Source: Amphiscolops sp. MND2022
Taxonomy: Eukaryota
Reading direction: 5' to 3'
Assembly (NCBI GenBank): GCA_964187785.1
Contig: OZ076409.1
Span: 98,520,001-98,584,000, forward strand
Length of the DNA: 64,000 nt
Within the stretch, counting starts at the first letter, position 1. The number at the start of each line of letters is the position of its first letter. Below the pieces are notes generated by a model. That model was not told the DNA's origin, made no database searches, and saw nothing but the letters and a program-made list of their open reading frames with translations. Positions 11,656 to 24,300 of the stretch are shown piece by piece. The position numbers and the translations under genes are program-made.

Positions 11656-13142
11656 CAAGCCGGGATCGGCCCAAGTTGGCGCCATATCTAAGGCTCAAAA
11701 ATACCAAAAGGACTTCAAAATGTCAAAGTATTGGTGAATTGGGGACCCTTTTATGGAATTTTTTTTTCGAAAAAAAGTCTCACAATGCCTAAAAAAGCTG
11801 AAAGGGGGGACCATTTGGGATTTTTCAAAATCCATTCTGTCCAAAAATATCAAAAAATTGATGGTGGGACACTTCGGTGAAAATTTTTTTTTTCGAAAAA
11901 AAAGTCTCACAGAGCCAAAAATACTCTTTTTGCCCCGTTGAGTTTCTTAAATGATATAAAAATACTACTTCGTAAGCTAAGAATTGTAAGAAATTGAGAA
12001 ATTTAAGATTGTAAGAATTGTAAGAAAAGTGGACCATTCAGAGTGAGATTGTCAGCTGAAAAAGAAACAAGACGGGATCGTCTCAAGTCGGCGCCATATC
12101 TAAGGCTCAAAAATATTCAAAGAACAACTATTGGAAACATTTGGAAAAATTTTTTTCAAAAAAAAATATTGAAAATTTTTTTTTCGAAAAAAGTATTTTT
12201 TTTAGAAAATCGCACAATGCCACAAAAACTCAAAAAGAGGCCATTCAGGCTCATTGAACGTTTTTTAATATTTCTGCTTTAGCAGGAATGTTATTGTAAC
12301 CTCAAAGTTGGTCCTTTTTTTTTTCAGTCGTCAAATTTCGTCCTACTGAATAATTCAGATATTTTGTTCGGCAGTGAGTGTAAGCGTGGGAAAGCTGCCG
12401 ACAACAATTCAATTCTAGTGCGATAGAACGAGCGAGTGGTAATTATCCATTCGTATGCTGACGTCATTGAGATGAAGCGAATGAGTGTTAATTATTCGTT
12501 CGTTGAGAGCTTCGCCTGCATTCAAATGCGAATGCGAAACTTCGTCTACGCTTAGTTATATTTTCTTTAGTCCGAGAAGAATTAAAGGCGGTGTAAACTT
12601 GTACAGTGATTAATTGTGCTCTAAGTAATGATTAAACAGGAGTGTATTGGTATTCCAGATATGATTCTTTTATTAATGATTTTTTGTTTTAAAAAAATAA
12701 AGATTAAAGCAGAAATAGTACTGAGCCCCGGAGGGGCCTATTTTACAAACCGAAAACTTCAAAAAAATGCAATTGATAGAATCCGAAAATTTTCGAAAAA
12801 AAAGTCGCATAGTGCCGAAAAAAAACGAAAAAAATCAAACGAAACGAAACAAAGCTTTGGTCTCGCATCTACTTTTGGAAACATAAAAAATTTGTGGTTT
12901 AGTGCGAGAATCGAACCCACGATCTCCTGCTTTTCAGAAAATTAGTTGAACAAATGTGAACAAATGTGAACAAAGATTGTAAGAAAAGTGGACCACTCAG
13001 AGTGAGATTGTCAACTGAAAAAAAAAAACTACTCACTGTAAGAGTCGGGCTTTTTTCCTTAAGGGAAAAGGCGCCGACTAAAAAAAACTACCCACTGTAA
13101 TAGTCGGGCTTTTTTCTTAAGGGAAAAGGCGCCGACTAAAAA
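11656..13142 (-). mobile_element. Cluster of nested reverse-orientation HINE-like copies (family 1) with a family 2 copy inserted at 12269-12744
   Basis: Two reverse 3' ends (caagccgggatcggcccaagttggcgcc at 11656; caagacgggatcgtctcaagtcggcgcc at 12068) and two tandem reverse 5' ends (ggcgccgactaaaa near 13070 and 13128). Confidence 0.6.
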
Positions 13143-15040
13143 CGAATTAGGCAGAGAAGATTTTCAGTCAAAAATGAAATGTTGAAGTTTCTTTTTCGTT
13201 TGCCCGTTTTTTGATCCCCAATGGATAGAAAGCTTGTGAATGGCTTGAAAACGGATGGAAGTTTGAATATAGTCCAAAATTTCGAAAGTGGTCCAGTTAT
13301 TAGCTGATTATAATCAAACTATTTTAATTATTGGTTTTTTCGGAGACTAAACCTTGATTCAAAATTAATTTTATTCGTTACCATCAAAATGCCGAAGTTT
13401 CCCTACTGTTAATAAATCGTTTTTCTAGCTTTCAACCTAGGTTTTTGTTTAAAGACAATTATGCTTGAAATCATTTGATTGAAGACCAATTCTGTATTTT
13501 TTGTCGTCGTCGAGACACGATGGTGATATGTCGATTTTTGACAATTAGCGAAACTACTCACAAAAATTTGAATTTGAATCATTTGAAGTCCCAATAAAAT
13601 GTTGAGAAACTTTTACTTCTAACGGAATTTTCGTTTCCGGATACTCTTAGATGTCAAACAACGAAATTTGCCATTTTACGCAACTAAGTAGGATTCTTTT
13701 AGAACATCTCTGTACTATATTGAATACGTCGACAGAGTTTTAGCCGATGAAAGCGCAAATTTTACAGGAAGTTCGCAAAAGTTCGCCTTCAAAAGTTCAA
13801 AACATTTTCTATTGATATAAAAGTATACTTTTATGCCAACTGTATTAAAATTATCCAACAAAAATTTCTGTTTTTTTCTACAGCCAGCTGCTAGCTTCAC
13901 AAATGCGGGATTATGACATCATCAAGAGGAGAGATCCATGTACAAATTTGGCGCTTGGACTAGCTAATCCGCCCTTCGGTCCTGGACTTTTATATCAATC
14001 ATTTTAATTGCCAATTCTGAAAGTTTCACATTTCCACAAACTTCTATTTCATTTCATTTTACCTCAACCAAGCGAATTTCTTTGCCGTTGCCCGCCCTTG
14101 TAGATTATATCCATTTGAAATTTATATTTATAGCAGTCTAAAATTAGATCGACTGTAATTTTTTTTGTAAAAATGCTGTTTCAAAGTTTATATATGATTT
14201 CTATGCACAAATTGAGCGCCATAATTCCCTACATAAAACGTTTTTATATGAATTTTTTTAATGGTTCAATTTTTGGTGGTTTTTATGCAGCTTTAATTTC
14301 AACTAATTACTATAAACCGACTATCACTGTGGATCCTCTTTTTTTCAATTTCAAGAAAATAAATCGAAATGACTCATAAAATTGAACGAGAATTATCGAG
14401 CATTTTTTAGTATTTTCGTCCAAAATCTCTGGAGTTGGTCGATATTAGCATTTGTGTTCTTTTCATCTGAGATACATTGAATAACCTGTAACCTTTTTTT
14501 AGCATTTTTGACCTCCAATACAAAATTTGATTCTAGTAAAGTTAATCCAAAATATCTCTCAAATTTATTGATTGTTGCATTTGTCTTATCTTCTAATGAC
14601 CTCTTTTTTCAAAAAAAGCATTTCAGACCTTTAATTTAATGCAAAGTTTGACAGCTGTGATCTTTGGTTTCCCGAGAAACGAAGAGATCTATCTTATCAT
14701 TTCGCATTCTCGTTGAACTTGAAGAGGATGGATCTACAGTAATGATTACAAGCTTGTGCCGTTGCTCTCACAATACAATTCATATCGTTCCAACTGAGTG
14801 TAAATAGTAGATGCAATTTATACATACATGTATATCATCTAGTGCATTTTTAGTTTCAATACTAATGCTAATCATCAATCTCAAGTGCTGTTTTGTGTGT
14901 CGCGTGAATGAATGAATGAAAAGCCATGTAATCTATCTATTTTTTTTCGGACCTTGTTCTCTTATTAAGTTTCGTATCATGTCGAAATAAGGGGTCAAGT
15001 TCAATGAACTTTCGCACAAATCTACCCGATTACAAGCGGT

Positions 15041-15376
15041 GGATCTCTTTCACTATATCCACCCCCCCCCCCCCCTACAGCAAAAAGGGGACATAGTGAA
15101 ACGCTATTAAATACATGTATTGCACATTCTAATAGCGCAGATCTGCTCTTATCTAACAACGCTTCTGATTGGCTGAGCGGGGATTTTGATAATGAGAACC
15201 AATGAAAAGTGTCGTTAGTTATGACGAGATCAATTGATTGCCAGAACAGAATAGCATGAGAGATTAGCCAATAGGAAATGAATATAAATGAGCCACAAAC
15301 ATTCTTTTTCTCTAGTGGGGGGGGGGGGGGGACATAGTGTAACGAGTGATATAGGGGGACACAGTGAAAGAGATCA
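15041..15376. mobile_element. MITE, GGATCTCTTTCACT-TIR family
   Basis: TIR ggatctctttcact/agtgaaagagatc; 8-bp TSD CAAGCGGT (15033-15040, 15377-15384); inverted second copy at 46187-46498. Confidence 0.85.
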
Positions 15377-17069
15377 CAAGCGGTGGGTGCTAGGTCAATT
15401 AGCCGATTGTGAAACTGGCCGACTGAAATCAATAAAAAAAGGGTAACATAACTTTCATAGAGATGGAATTAAATCGTTCGAAAACTTTTTGGGAAAAAGT
15501 TTAAAAAGTTAAGCAAACATCTGATTCAGAGCCACGACAAATTTAGAAAGAATTGGTAGTTGTTGTCCAATCATATTCAATGTTGTCGTCTAACAACAGT
15601 CGGCCATTTGACCGGTCGGCCAATGGCACTATCACACCATCAAGGGCTTGTGCGAATTTTCATCATCTCAAACAAAATCATCCCAAATTTGCTCCCCAAA
15701 AATGACAGCACTGAGTGGGGGGGGGGTGAATAAGATCCGATTTCTATCCTATAATTGCCTCATGACTGTTCCATGTATTAAAATCAGTTCAATTGCATTG
15801 TTTCCGGACAATTCAGCTGTGCTAAGTGCTGACCTGATTCAAATTCTCAGTTCTTGTTGAACCAAATATTGAATTCGCATTCTCGCCTAAATACGAAATT
15901 CTATCCCACGAAATTGGACATTTGAACAACTTTTTTCGTGATTCAAATTTCGACTTAAAAGCCTGAAAATCATCATTTCAACAACATGCGATAGATAGAA
16001 TTGTGAACTTTTTCGATCATCCGGTCATCGACCTTTAGGCATTATTCTAATTTAGTTCACTTCTGCAGTGTTGAATACTTCTAGAGGTAGTAGCTAACAA
16101 CATGAAATAGAATCTTGACATTTCCATTTTTTGTTCACACTTTCATCACGTATCCGTTTTTCCTGTCAAGCCCCCTTTTTATTCTGGATTCTTTTGATGA
16201 GGAGTGCCTGGAAAAGAACTTTTTGTTCGAAAATGGGTGAACCACACTGTTTAAATATCAGGAAATGACCTTATAAAAGTAAGTGGAAAATGTTATTCTA
16301 AAGCAATTATTGGGCAAGATATTGGGTAACGTAAGATATTCACTTCAAATGTTTTTTTTTGGTAAAAAAGCACTAAATTAGAGTGCCATTTACACACATT
16401 TTTGCCATTTTCTCCACTATTTGACGATTTTGCGTGTGCTTAACGTCTTACCCTTTAAAGTTTCATGAAATCAATTGATCCTTTACTGCCAAGGGTTAAA
16501 AAACACTTTTTGAAAGAAGTTATTTGGAAAAGTGGATTGATTGACAAATAATACTAATGACTCCCTTAATTGGAAGCATTAGCGGTGTGTACCGACATTT
16601 GAATGAAGTTTTTCTGCTATTGGAGGGGTGAATTTTTATTGGGAGGGGGAGGGTGTTTCGTTTGCTTTAGCAGAGTGCTGTACTACATTTGGTTGCTCTC
16701 AACATCAACTGTACCCTGATAACTTCAAACTCGTGACCCGTTTTCTTCTCGTTTTGAGTCACTCTTTAGTAAGTGTCGATATTAGTGACGTTAATATTTT
16801 TTGTACATGGGCATAATTACAATTCAATTCAGTTTTCCAACCATGAAACTGAATCCTCCTCAAATTGAAGTAGCCAGTAGAGTTTAAAGTGCAGGGCATC
16901 TAAATTGAAGAGTAAAACAAGACGCCCGCTAAGCACTGGGGTATTTCTGCCACAAAGTGCGAATGTGAGCTTCGAAACCCATACATACTCATACTCCTTG
17001 AAAAAAGCAAAAAATATGACGAACGTGAGATATACCGACCACCTATTTTCTCGGAAAGCCACAAAATTC

Positions 17070-17155
17070 AGGCTCCAGTCCGTGTTCGAACCCACCTTCT
17101 CCTGTCTGCCAGGCGGACGCACTAGCAACTGGGCCACGATGACTAAAATACCCCA
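17070..17155 (-). mobile_element. tRNA-derived SINE head (not a functional tRNA)
   Basis: Minus strand shows an A-box-like TGGCCCAGTTG and a B-box-like GGTTCGAAC at tRNA spacing, without a convincing cloverleaf. Confidence 0.45.
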
Positions 17156-18025
17156 TACCACATAATAATTGGAGATGTGGTAGAATTTGTTTAAAAACGC
17201 TACAGATATTCCTCCCCCAAAACAATAAATTGTGGAGGCGGAAAATTACAAAAAGAACGCCTTAATTCGAATTTGAAAAATTTTCAGGTTGGAGAACTTT
17301 TAATTGAAAAGCTGACAAACTATGGAAAATTAAAACCGATTAGGTTATCAGAGAACATAACAGTAAAAGGTTATTTATGGGCAGAAATATTGAATACAAG
17401 AGTAAAAATAAACTAGGACGAGAACGTCCCTAGTCGGTGCCCTAAAAAGCAGTCTTTCCAAAATACTGATTGGTGAATTTCAAGGAAACTGAAAAGTATC
17501 CAAGTGTAGCCAAATTGAAAATTTGAGCTTCTAAGAAGCGTTTTACAAAGCGTCATGAAAACCAAAGGAATTACTCTGTCGTCAATTTTGAGACTTCTAG
17601 AATTCGTTTGTTCTTTTCCGGTAAAGCGACGCTATTTTTCTCAAACAAAATATGCATAAATGACATCTATGGTGACAAAAACTCAAAAATAGCAAAAGGA
17701 CTTCAACGCGACAAGTATTCTTTTCCATAGTACCCGAAAACTCAGAGGGGGAACCGAACTGGCGCGCTAAAAGGCGGGACCCTGTGGGCTTTTCCTACAT
17801 CCATTCTGTTGCAAAATATCAAACATTGAAGAGGGCTCCCTGGACACCTTGAAAAACTTTCGAAAAAAGCTCTCAGTGCCAAAATTTGGAAAGGGGGACC
17901 CTTCAGTCTCGTCCGGTGTTGAATGTTACACTAAAAAGTAGTGTTGGGAAATCCCGCTCATTTTTGCAATCCGGGATTCCGAGAATTTTGCCAATCCCAG
18001 CATCCCGCACTTTTATGGAAACCGG

Positions 18026-18477
18026 TTTTTAGTCGGCGCTTCATGAAGTGAAACGTGGCTATTATAGTGATTTTTTCTATCCACACGAACTGACCCAAAT
18101 AGTTCTACAAAATATTATTGCACCAAATTGCACTATTTGGTCTAGCGAACTGAACCAAAAACGTTTTTCCTGTTTTTCCGCGTAACATACCATACCGGGC
18201 GAGACCAAAGGCTCCCCCTTTCATTTTTTTGATGTTTTGCGACAGAATGGATGATGAAAAATTCCAAAAGGTCCACCCCTTTCAGTTTTTTTTCGGCATT
18301 GTGAGACTTTAGCGCGCCACTCGGTGCATTGTTTTGAGTATGTATTTTTTTCGAAAATTATTTTTTCAAAAAAAATCGATTTTCGAGTACTGTAAAAGAG
18401 AATACTTGACACTTGGAAGTGTTTTTGCTATTTTTGAGCCTTGGATATGGCGCCGACTTGGGCCGGTCCCGGCTTGG
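18026..18477 (+). mobile_element. HINE-like repeat family 1 inserted in the 3' subterminal region of the hAT element
   Basis: TTTTTAGTCGGCGCTTCATGAAGTGAAA ... GGCGCCGACTTGGGCCGGTCCCGGCTTG. Confidence 0.7.
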
Positions 18478-18531
18478 TAAGTCAAACAATGGGAATTTAT
18501 GACACGGAAAACAGTGTCACTGATATGGTAG

Positions 18532-20204
18532 TCACTTGGCTGTAGCGTTGAAATATGCCTTCAGCTCCTGCAATGCAGAGAGCAGCTCGTCTCCCATGCG
18601 CGATCTCAGCTTTGTGGCGAAGGAGCCTGCTGCTGAAAAGCATCGCTCAGCTTCCACTGTTGCCGGCCGGACGCAGTCGATCCACCCCTCAGCTTTTGTG
18701 AGAACAACTCTTTCGTGCCATTGGTAATAAAGAAGTTTACCTCTCGTTTAACTTCGCCCACAGACGTACTCCCACTAGGAGACGTGGACCGGGTCGACTT
18801 GTCGGCTTTCCGATCATGTGGAGCTTTTTTTCAAACATCTCCGGCAGTGTTCTTGTCCTGCTGCAATCATCTCTGTCTCTGACTCCGCGATGCGGAGGTT
18901 GTCCCAAAACTCCACAATCGCGTGTACAATCTCATTTTTGTTTTCGTCCGTTCGGCTAGTTGTGGCTCCATCGATGTCGGATGTCGAATTTCATGACATC
19001 CAATGCCGTAACGTCCATTTGTTTTTTCCCGAGTCAATTAGTGCCTTGGATACATGCGACCGAATTAAAGAAATGACACAATCATGGCTAACATAGAATC
19101 CCATCTAGTCTTGGAATCACTTTTGAGTCTCAATTCAGAAACTTTATCGCCTTGTAAAACAGCCAACTAATTGTTGGTGCTAAGCTGAGATTTTCGGAAC
19201 AGCTTCACCAATTCTCTCAGTTTGGCGACGGAGGCAGATATGTTCTCACCCAGCTCTGTGTAGCCATCGTGCTCTTGATCATCGTCATCACTGTCACACT
19301 CTTGGTCGTCACGATTAACGACTGCAATTGGTGACCAGTACAATAGGTCTTATACAGCCAAATGAATGCCATGTGCCACGCAAAACTGTGTCCAATCTCC
19401 AATCCTCCTTCTGCAGTTGACGAGCAACCGCCTGATTAACGCTAGCGCCGTCACAAATCAAGGCCACAACATCCTTCGCCATATCGACACCCTAGTCATT
19501 GAGTCGCTCTTTAAGTTTTTCTGCAATGACACTTGTTGGCGCAGAACCATAAATCCTTGATAGGCCTAATGGATGTAGCTCGCCACCTTTGCCGTGTAGA
19601 TTGACACACATGTACCTTCGATTATGAACCGACGTCCACTAGTCAAAGCTGACAGAAAACTTTTCGCTGTCGCTGAGCTTTGATCGTATAGTCTCTATCA
19701 TGTTGCACGCTTGCTCGAAATGACAGAGTGTACTGTTGCACAGTATGATGATCAGTTGGAGTCTTCCTAAAACCACGTGCGACTAAGCCTTGGCGAATGT
19801 CGTGGGATGTATCAATCGTATGGAGCAAAATGCCATCTTTAGCAGCCAGGCGAGAGGGACCTGGAAACACAATATCATCTGCTTTTTATGACGTAGAAAT
19901 CTCACAATTTGCGCGTGTCGTTAGCCTGAGCTAATGGATGACCAGATGTTGTTGTACAGTGTACTTAGAAGAGGAATTGTATCTCGCTCAAACGACTCAG
20001 AAATTGTAGGTTTGAGTTTCGTTTTCTTCGGTGGCTGGATGACTGTGACGCTGACTGACCGCTCTCCCTCGATGCTGTCAGACCCTCAAATGGTGCACGG
20101 TGCTTTGCGTGGAGGTGCGACTATAACCCTTTTCTGCTACCTCCAAGCGTTTTCACCTGCTTCGCACAGTGTGAACACTTTGCAGTCTCCCTGTCCAGTC
20201 GCTC
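18532..20204 (-). pseudogene. hAT-superfamily transposase pseudogene (stops/frameshifts); probable terminus TAGTGTTGGG at 17939
   Basis: My minus-strand translation gives, in order: BED finger AKCSHCAKQVKTLGGSRKGL*SHLHAKH (~20185-20095), FSVSFD*WTSVHNRRYMCVNLH (~19660), LICDGASVN (~19455), QFCVAHGIHLAV (~19388), DSKTRWDSMLAM (~19115), dimerization motif RPATVEAERCFSAAGSFATKLRSRMGDELLSALQELKAYF..* (stop 18532-18534). Confidence 0.88.
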
Positions 20205-21379
20205 GTAATGCGACTAGCACTACTAAAAAAGGAACAACTTTTATGGTTCAGATCCGTGTCAATTGGTACAATTTGAACCCTTAAAACATTGTAGAACAAT
20301 TTTGGTCAGTTCGTGTGGATTGAAAACAAGTCACTATCCCAGCCGCGGTTCACTTCACGAAGCGCCGACTGAAAATGAATGTCCAAACTGTCAAAATTTT
20401 GAAACCTTTATGTTTTTCAAGACCATTTTACACTTTATCAGTCATATGTTTCATACACAAGTTTAGTAAGTAGCATATTAATTTGTTTGATCTCTGCAAC
20501 TACTCATACTCCCAGAAAAAATTCAAAAAAAGCTCAATATTGAAAAATTTTGACTGTTCCAGATTCTTTATAGGCACTTGAAAAAGTTTTCTGAGTAGAA
20601 GATTTTTTCGACAATAAAGTTTGATCTCTCGGTTTGTTCGAAGGCTATTTCAAATTTTGATTTTCTCGAAAAAAGCGGGCTGGTTTTGTGGTGATCTCAA
20701 ATATTGCAAAACAATGGTCAAAAGTATAGAAACTTTTTTCTTGACTGTTTTTATGGTCATTGGGGGCACTTTTGTAGACACCTCCGAAAAAGTTCAAATA
20801 TTGCGCTAAATGCATATGCTACGAATATTCTTTTATGATGATTAATTTTTGTAGAAAAAAAACCTTTTGATTGAAAAAGGGAACAAAGTACTTTTTAGGA
20901 AGAAATGAAAAAGAACGGGCCACAATTATCTATTCCCATTTTCTCATATCTCAACATATTCTGTGCTATGAAAACAGTATTTGTTAACCTTCTATCTATA
21001 TGAAAATTATTGCAAAATTTTTGTAAAATGAAAAGCAGCCCTTTTAAATTATAAGCAACTTTCATACTGGCTCCGAACTTTGCGGCAAAACTTTGCACGC
21101 CTGGTGTCTCTGACTGCATTTCAGCATGTTTCAAAACATACTGGTGCCACTTTGACTCAATCTTAACACCAGCGGGATAGAGTGGCCATAAACGGAACAT
21201 GGAGAAACGGAAAATCTGAGCCCAATTTCGTTTTGATTTTTTGGTCTCGTTTTCTTGATTTTGGAGACATCGATTCAGTATTCAGTGAAAAGGCGTGCAA
21301 TGCTGTAATATCGTCTGAAAACTTTATTCAGGAGTTTGCTTCATCATACGGTCAGCTGGTGCCTTCAGAAGTTTGCAGA

Positions 21380-24300
21380 TGTTGTATCTTGGGTTATTAC
21401 TGGGAAAATAACACAGTTTTCTAAAAGTATCTCTTTTCTGTACTCAAGTGTACGTTACGTATCAAATAACATAAATGAAATGTTTCAGTATATATCTACT
21501 GTTTGTAAACATTAAGTAGGTATGTTTACAACCGGAGTTCGGTAAAGGTCAGTTTATCATTTTCTTGATGATTGATGGATGAACCGTATAACATTCCCCC
21601 TTCTCTCTGAGGTTCTTTAGGGGCTTGAGGATGTGGTGGGTAGTGTCATGTTGCTTGGTTAGAAGTCTTGCGGCTTTTGCAAATCTCCCGGTATTGGCTG
21701 TGGCGTGCCTTTTGTTCGGTTCCAAATTTGACCTGTAACATACAAAGTTTTTTCATACCCAGAAATTTCCTTTGTAATATATGCTGCCGTATCTGTTCGG
21801 TCTATTGGTATTTCGGTTTGACCGTCTATGATTATTTTCGGTATTCTCACCCTGAGGCATTTCTCCATCTGTGTGGATTTGTATTGCGTCATTTTCGGGA
21901 TCTGTTTGTATTGGGGCGTATCGTCCCCCTCTCTCCGATGTGTCATAGGTTTTTCCGGCTTCTTCCGGCATTTCTTCTTCGTCATCATCATCATCGTCTT
22001 CATCTTCCGATTCGGTCTCGGTAAGTTTTTTGTTTTGTACTATTCGTAGTTTCTCGTTCAGGATGTCTCTTAGGATTTCATCCCATTTCCCGTATCTGCC
22101 GTCTAGTCCTCGTAGGCAACGTCGGTTCTTGGGTGTTATTTCGGCAGAGACTGCTGGTGCCGATTCCCTTCGGTGTCTTTTCTCGCTCTGAAATAGTGGA
22201 CCCGAAATAAATTTTCGGTGATTTATTTTGCCCGTATCTGCTTTTACGGTGTTTTCGGTTCCGCTTATTGCGGTTTGTATTTTTGTTGAAATCTTCCTTC
22301 TAACGGTTTTCGGTTGTCTTTTTTCAAAGAATTTAAATGGATATCTAACCGAGCTTCTTTTCTTTTTCGGGGATTTTGTTTCCGCAGCCAGTTGCCGTTC
22401 TTCGGTTTTGGTTCTTGCCATCACCATGTGGTTGGTGATTTCTCCGTCGGTGTCCCTTCCGACATATATCGGTATTTTGCTCCGATTCGGTGCTGAAATG
22501 GATAGTTCTGACCAATCTGATAGAAATGATTTTCCGTCTTTATTATATAAGTTAATTCCGTTCTCGGTTTCCGACCGTGGTGTAGTTCAAATGGCGTTTT
22601 CTTTAGTCCCGTGAGTATTGTGAATCGCATTACTCTTAACGCTCTATTTACGCTTTCGGTTAAATTGTTACCGTCTTCCATGTTAGCTAATATTAAATTT
22701 TTCATTGTTTGTATTGCTCTTTCAACTGTTCCGTTTCCGGTATGCATTCGCGGAGGACAGTATTGTATTTCTATATTTCGGGATTTACAAAAATTTTTGT
22801 ATTCGGTTAAAATAAATGCTCCGCCTTCATCGGATTTAATTATTTCTATGATTTCCTTAGTGTCCGACGTTCTGCAAATTTTCGCCGTTGGCCATTTACT
22901 AAATCGGTCTATTGCGATTAGTATTTGGGGTTCTCCGTTAAGTTTTTTGTTATGTAATTTTCCGGTAAAATCTATTTGTAATTCCTGTCCCGGTTCGGAT
23001 AATTTTTCTAATTTTCCGTATTGGTTTTTTGGAATCTGGTATTTAAGATTCTTACCTGTAGCTAGGCAAGCTGTGCAGTCTTTAACGTTTTGTTCAATAT
23101 CTTCCCGCATCTCCGGCCACCAGAAGATTTTTGCGTCCGATAACATTTTAGTTGTCCCGGAATGACCGAAGTGTAGTATCTCGATCAGTTTTCTTCGTAA
23201 GTCGATTGGAACGGCAATTTGGTCGTCTACGAAGACTAAACCCCACCGAATTGATAGTTTGTCAGAAACCGGTCTGTAGCCTTCCGGTGCGGTATCTTTC
23301 TCTTCTCTCCTCATACTAGCTCGGACTCGTGTCATTTCCGGATCAATTGCCGTTTTGGAGATGAGGGTTTTGAGATCAAGCATGAAGTTGAATTCCGCTT
23401 TCTTTATGTTCTCTTCTGTTAATTTTTTGTTTTCGGTGATTTTTCCCACTATGTGGTTTATCTGGATGTGGTGTGCTTCTTTACCATCCGTGTGGTATTT
23501 GCTTAGGTCGACAATCGGCAAGTTGTCTCCCCGCATTATCACACTGTCTTCCTCGGTATCTACCGTATTTTGTTCGTTTTGAAGTTCTCCTTCTTCTGGT
23601 GCCTCCGGTTCTTCTTCTTCTTCTTCTTCGGGTTGTAGTGGCCGGTATCCTCCACCGATTCGGTGTGCTCTTTGTGTGAATTCGGCGTCAATCTCCGCAA
23701 TTTCATCGCGGCTTTTTTTATTCGGTCGCGACGGTGTGAATATCATCCTTTGTGATTGCGTGTCGTATCGTCTCCGCATCGTTCCGGGTTTTGCCAAGGC
23801 TTCTCTTCTTTCGACTAAACGTCGTGTTTCGGGGCTTTTATTCCGTTTTCTAATTATATCCATAATTTCCCGGGTTGCTCCCCAGTGGTACATATTTTCT
23901 CGGTTCATCTTTTCGTTTGCTTCACTTGTTGTGTTTGGACTTGTCTTTGCGGTGTTAATTTCAGACAGCCCGGATGTGGTTTTCTCACTGTTGTCGGTTT
24001 TGTTCACGTGGTGTTTATTCTGGAATGTTCTATTTTGATGTGATTGGTCATTGCTTTGATTAATTTTGTTCTCGGATTGATTTTGTTTTATCTCGGTGTC
24101 TTGATTGCTGCGTTCTAATTGGCTGTCGAATAATGAACCGTATTTTGCGTTCAATTTCGCGTGTTCGGATAATATGTTAGTGACGTATTCTTCGTCGTAT
24201 TTGTTTTCTGTTGGTGCTCCCTCTAACGGATTTCTGCTGAGATAGTCGGTAAATTTTAAGTTCTTACCGGCAATATGCTGAACTGCGATGTCAAAATGTG

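Noticed and set aside
17070..17155. tRNA gene (also 42955-43025)
   Set aside because: A/B boxes are present but there is no convincing acceptor stem or cloverleaf; treated as SINE heads
18536..20284. + strand ORFs or a LINE fragment
   Set aside because: Minus-strand translation shows ordered hAT transposase motifs; the + strand ORFs are antisense shadows
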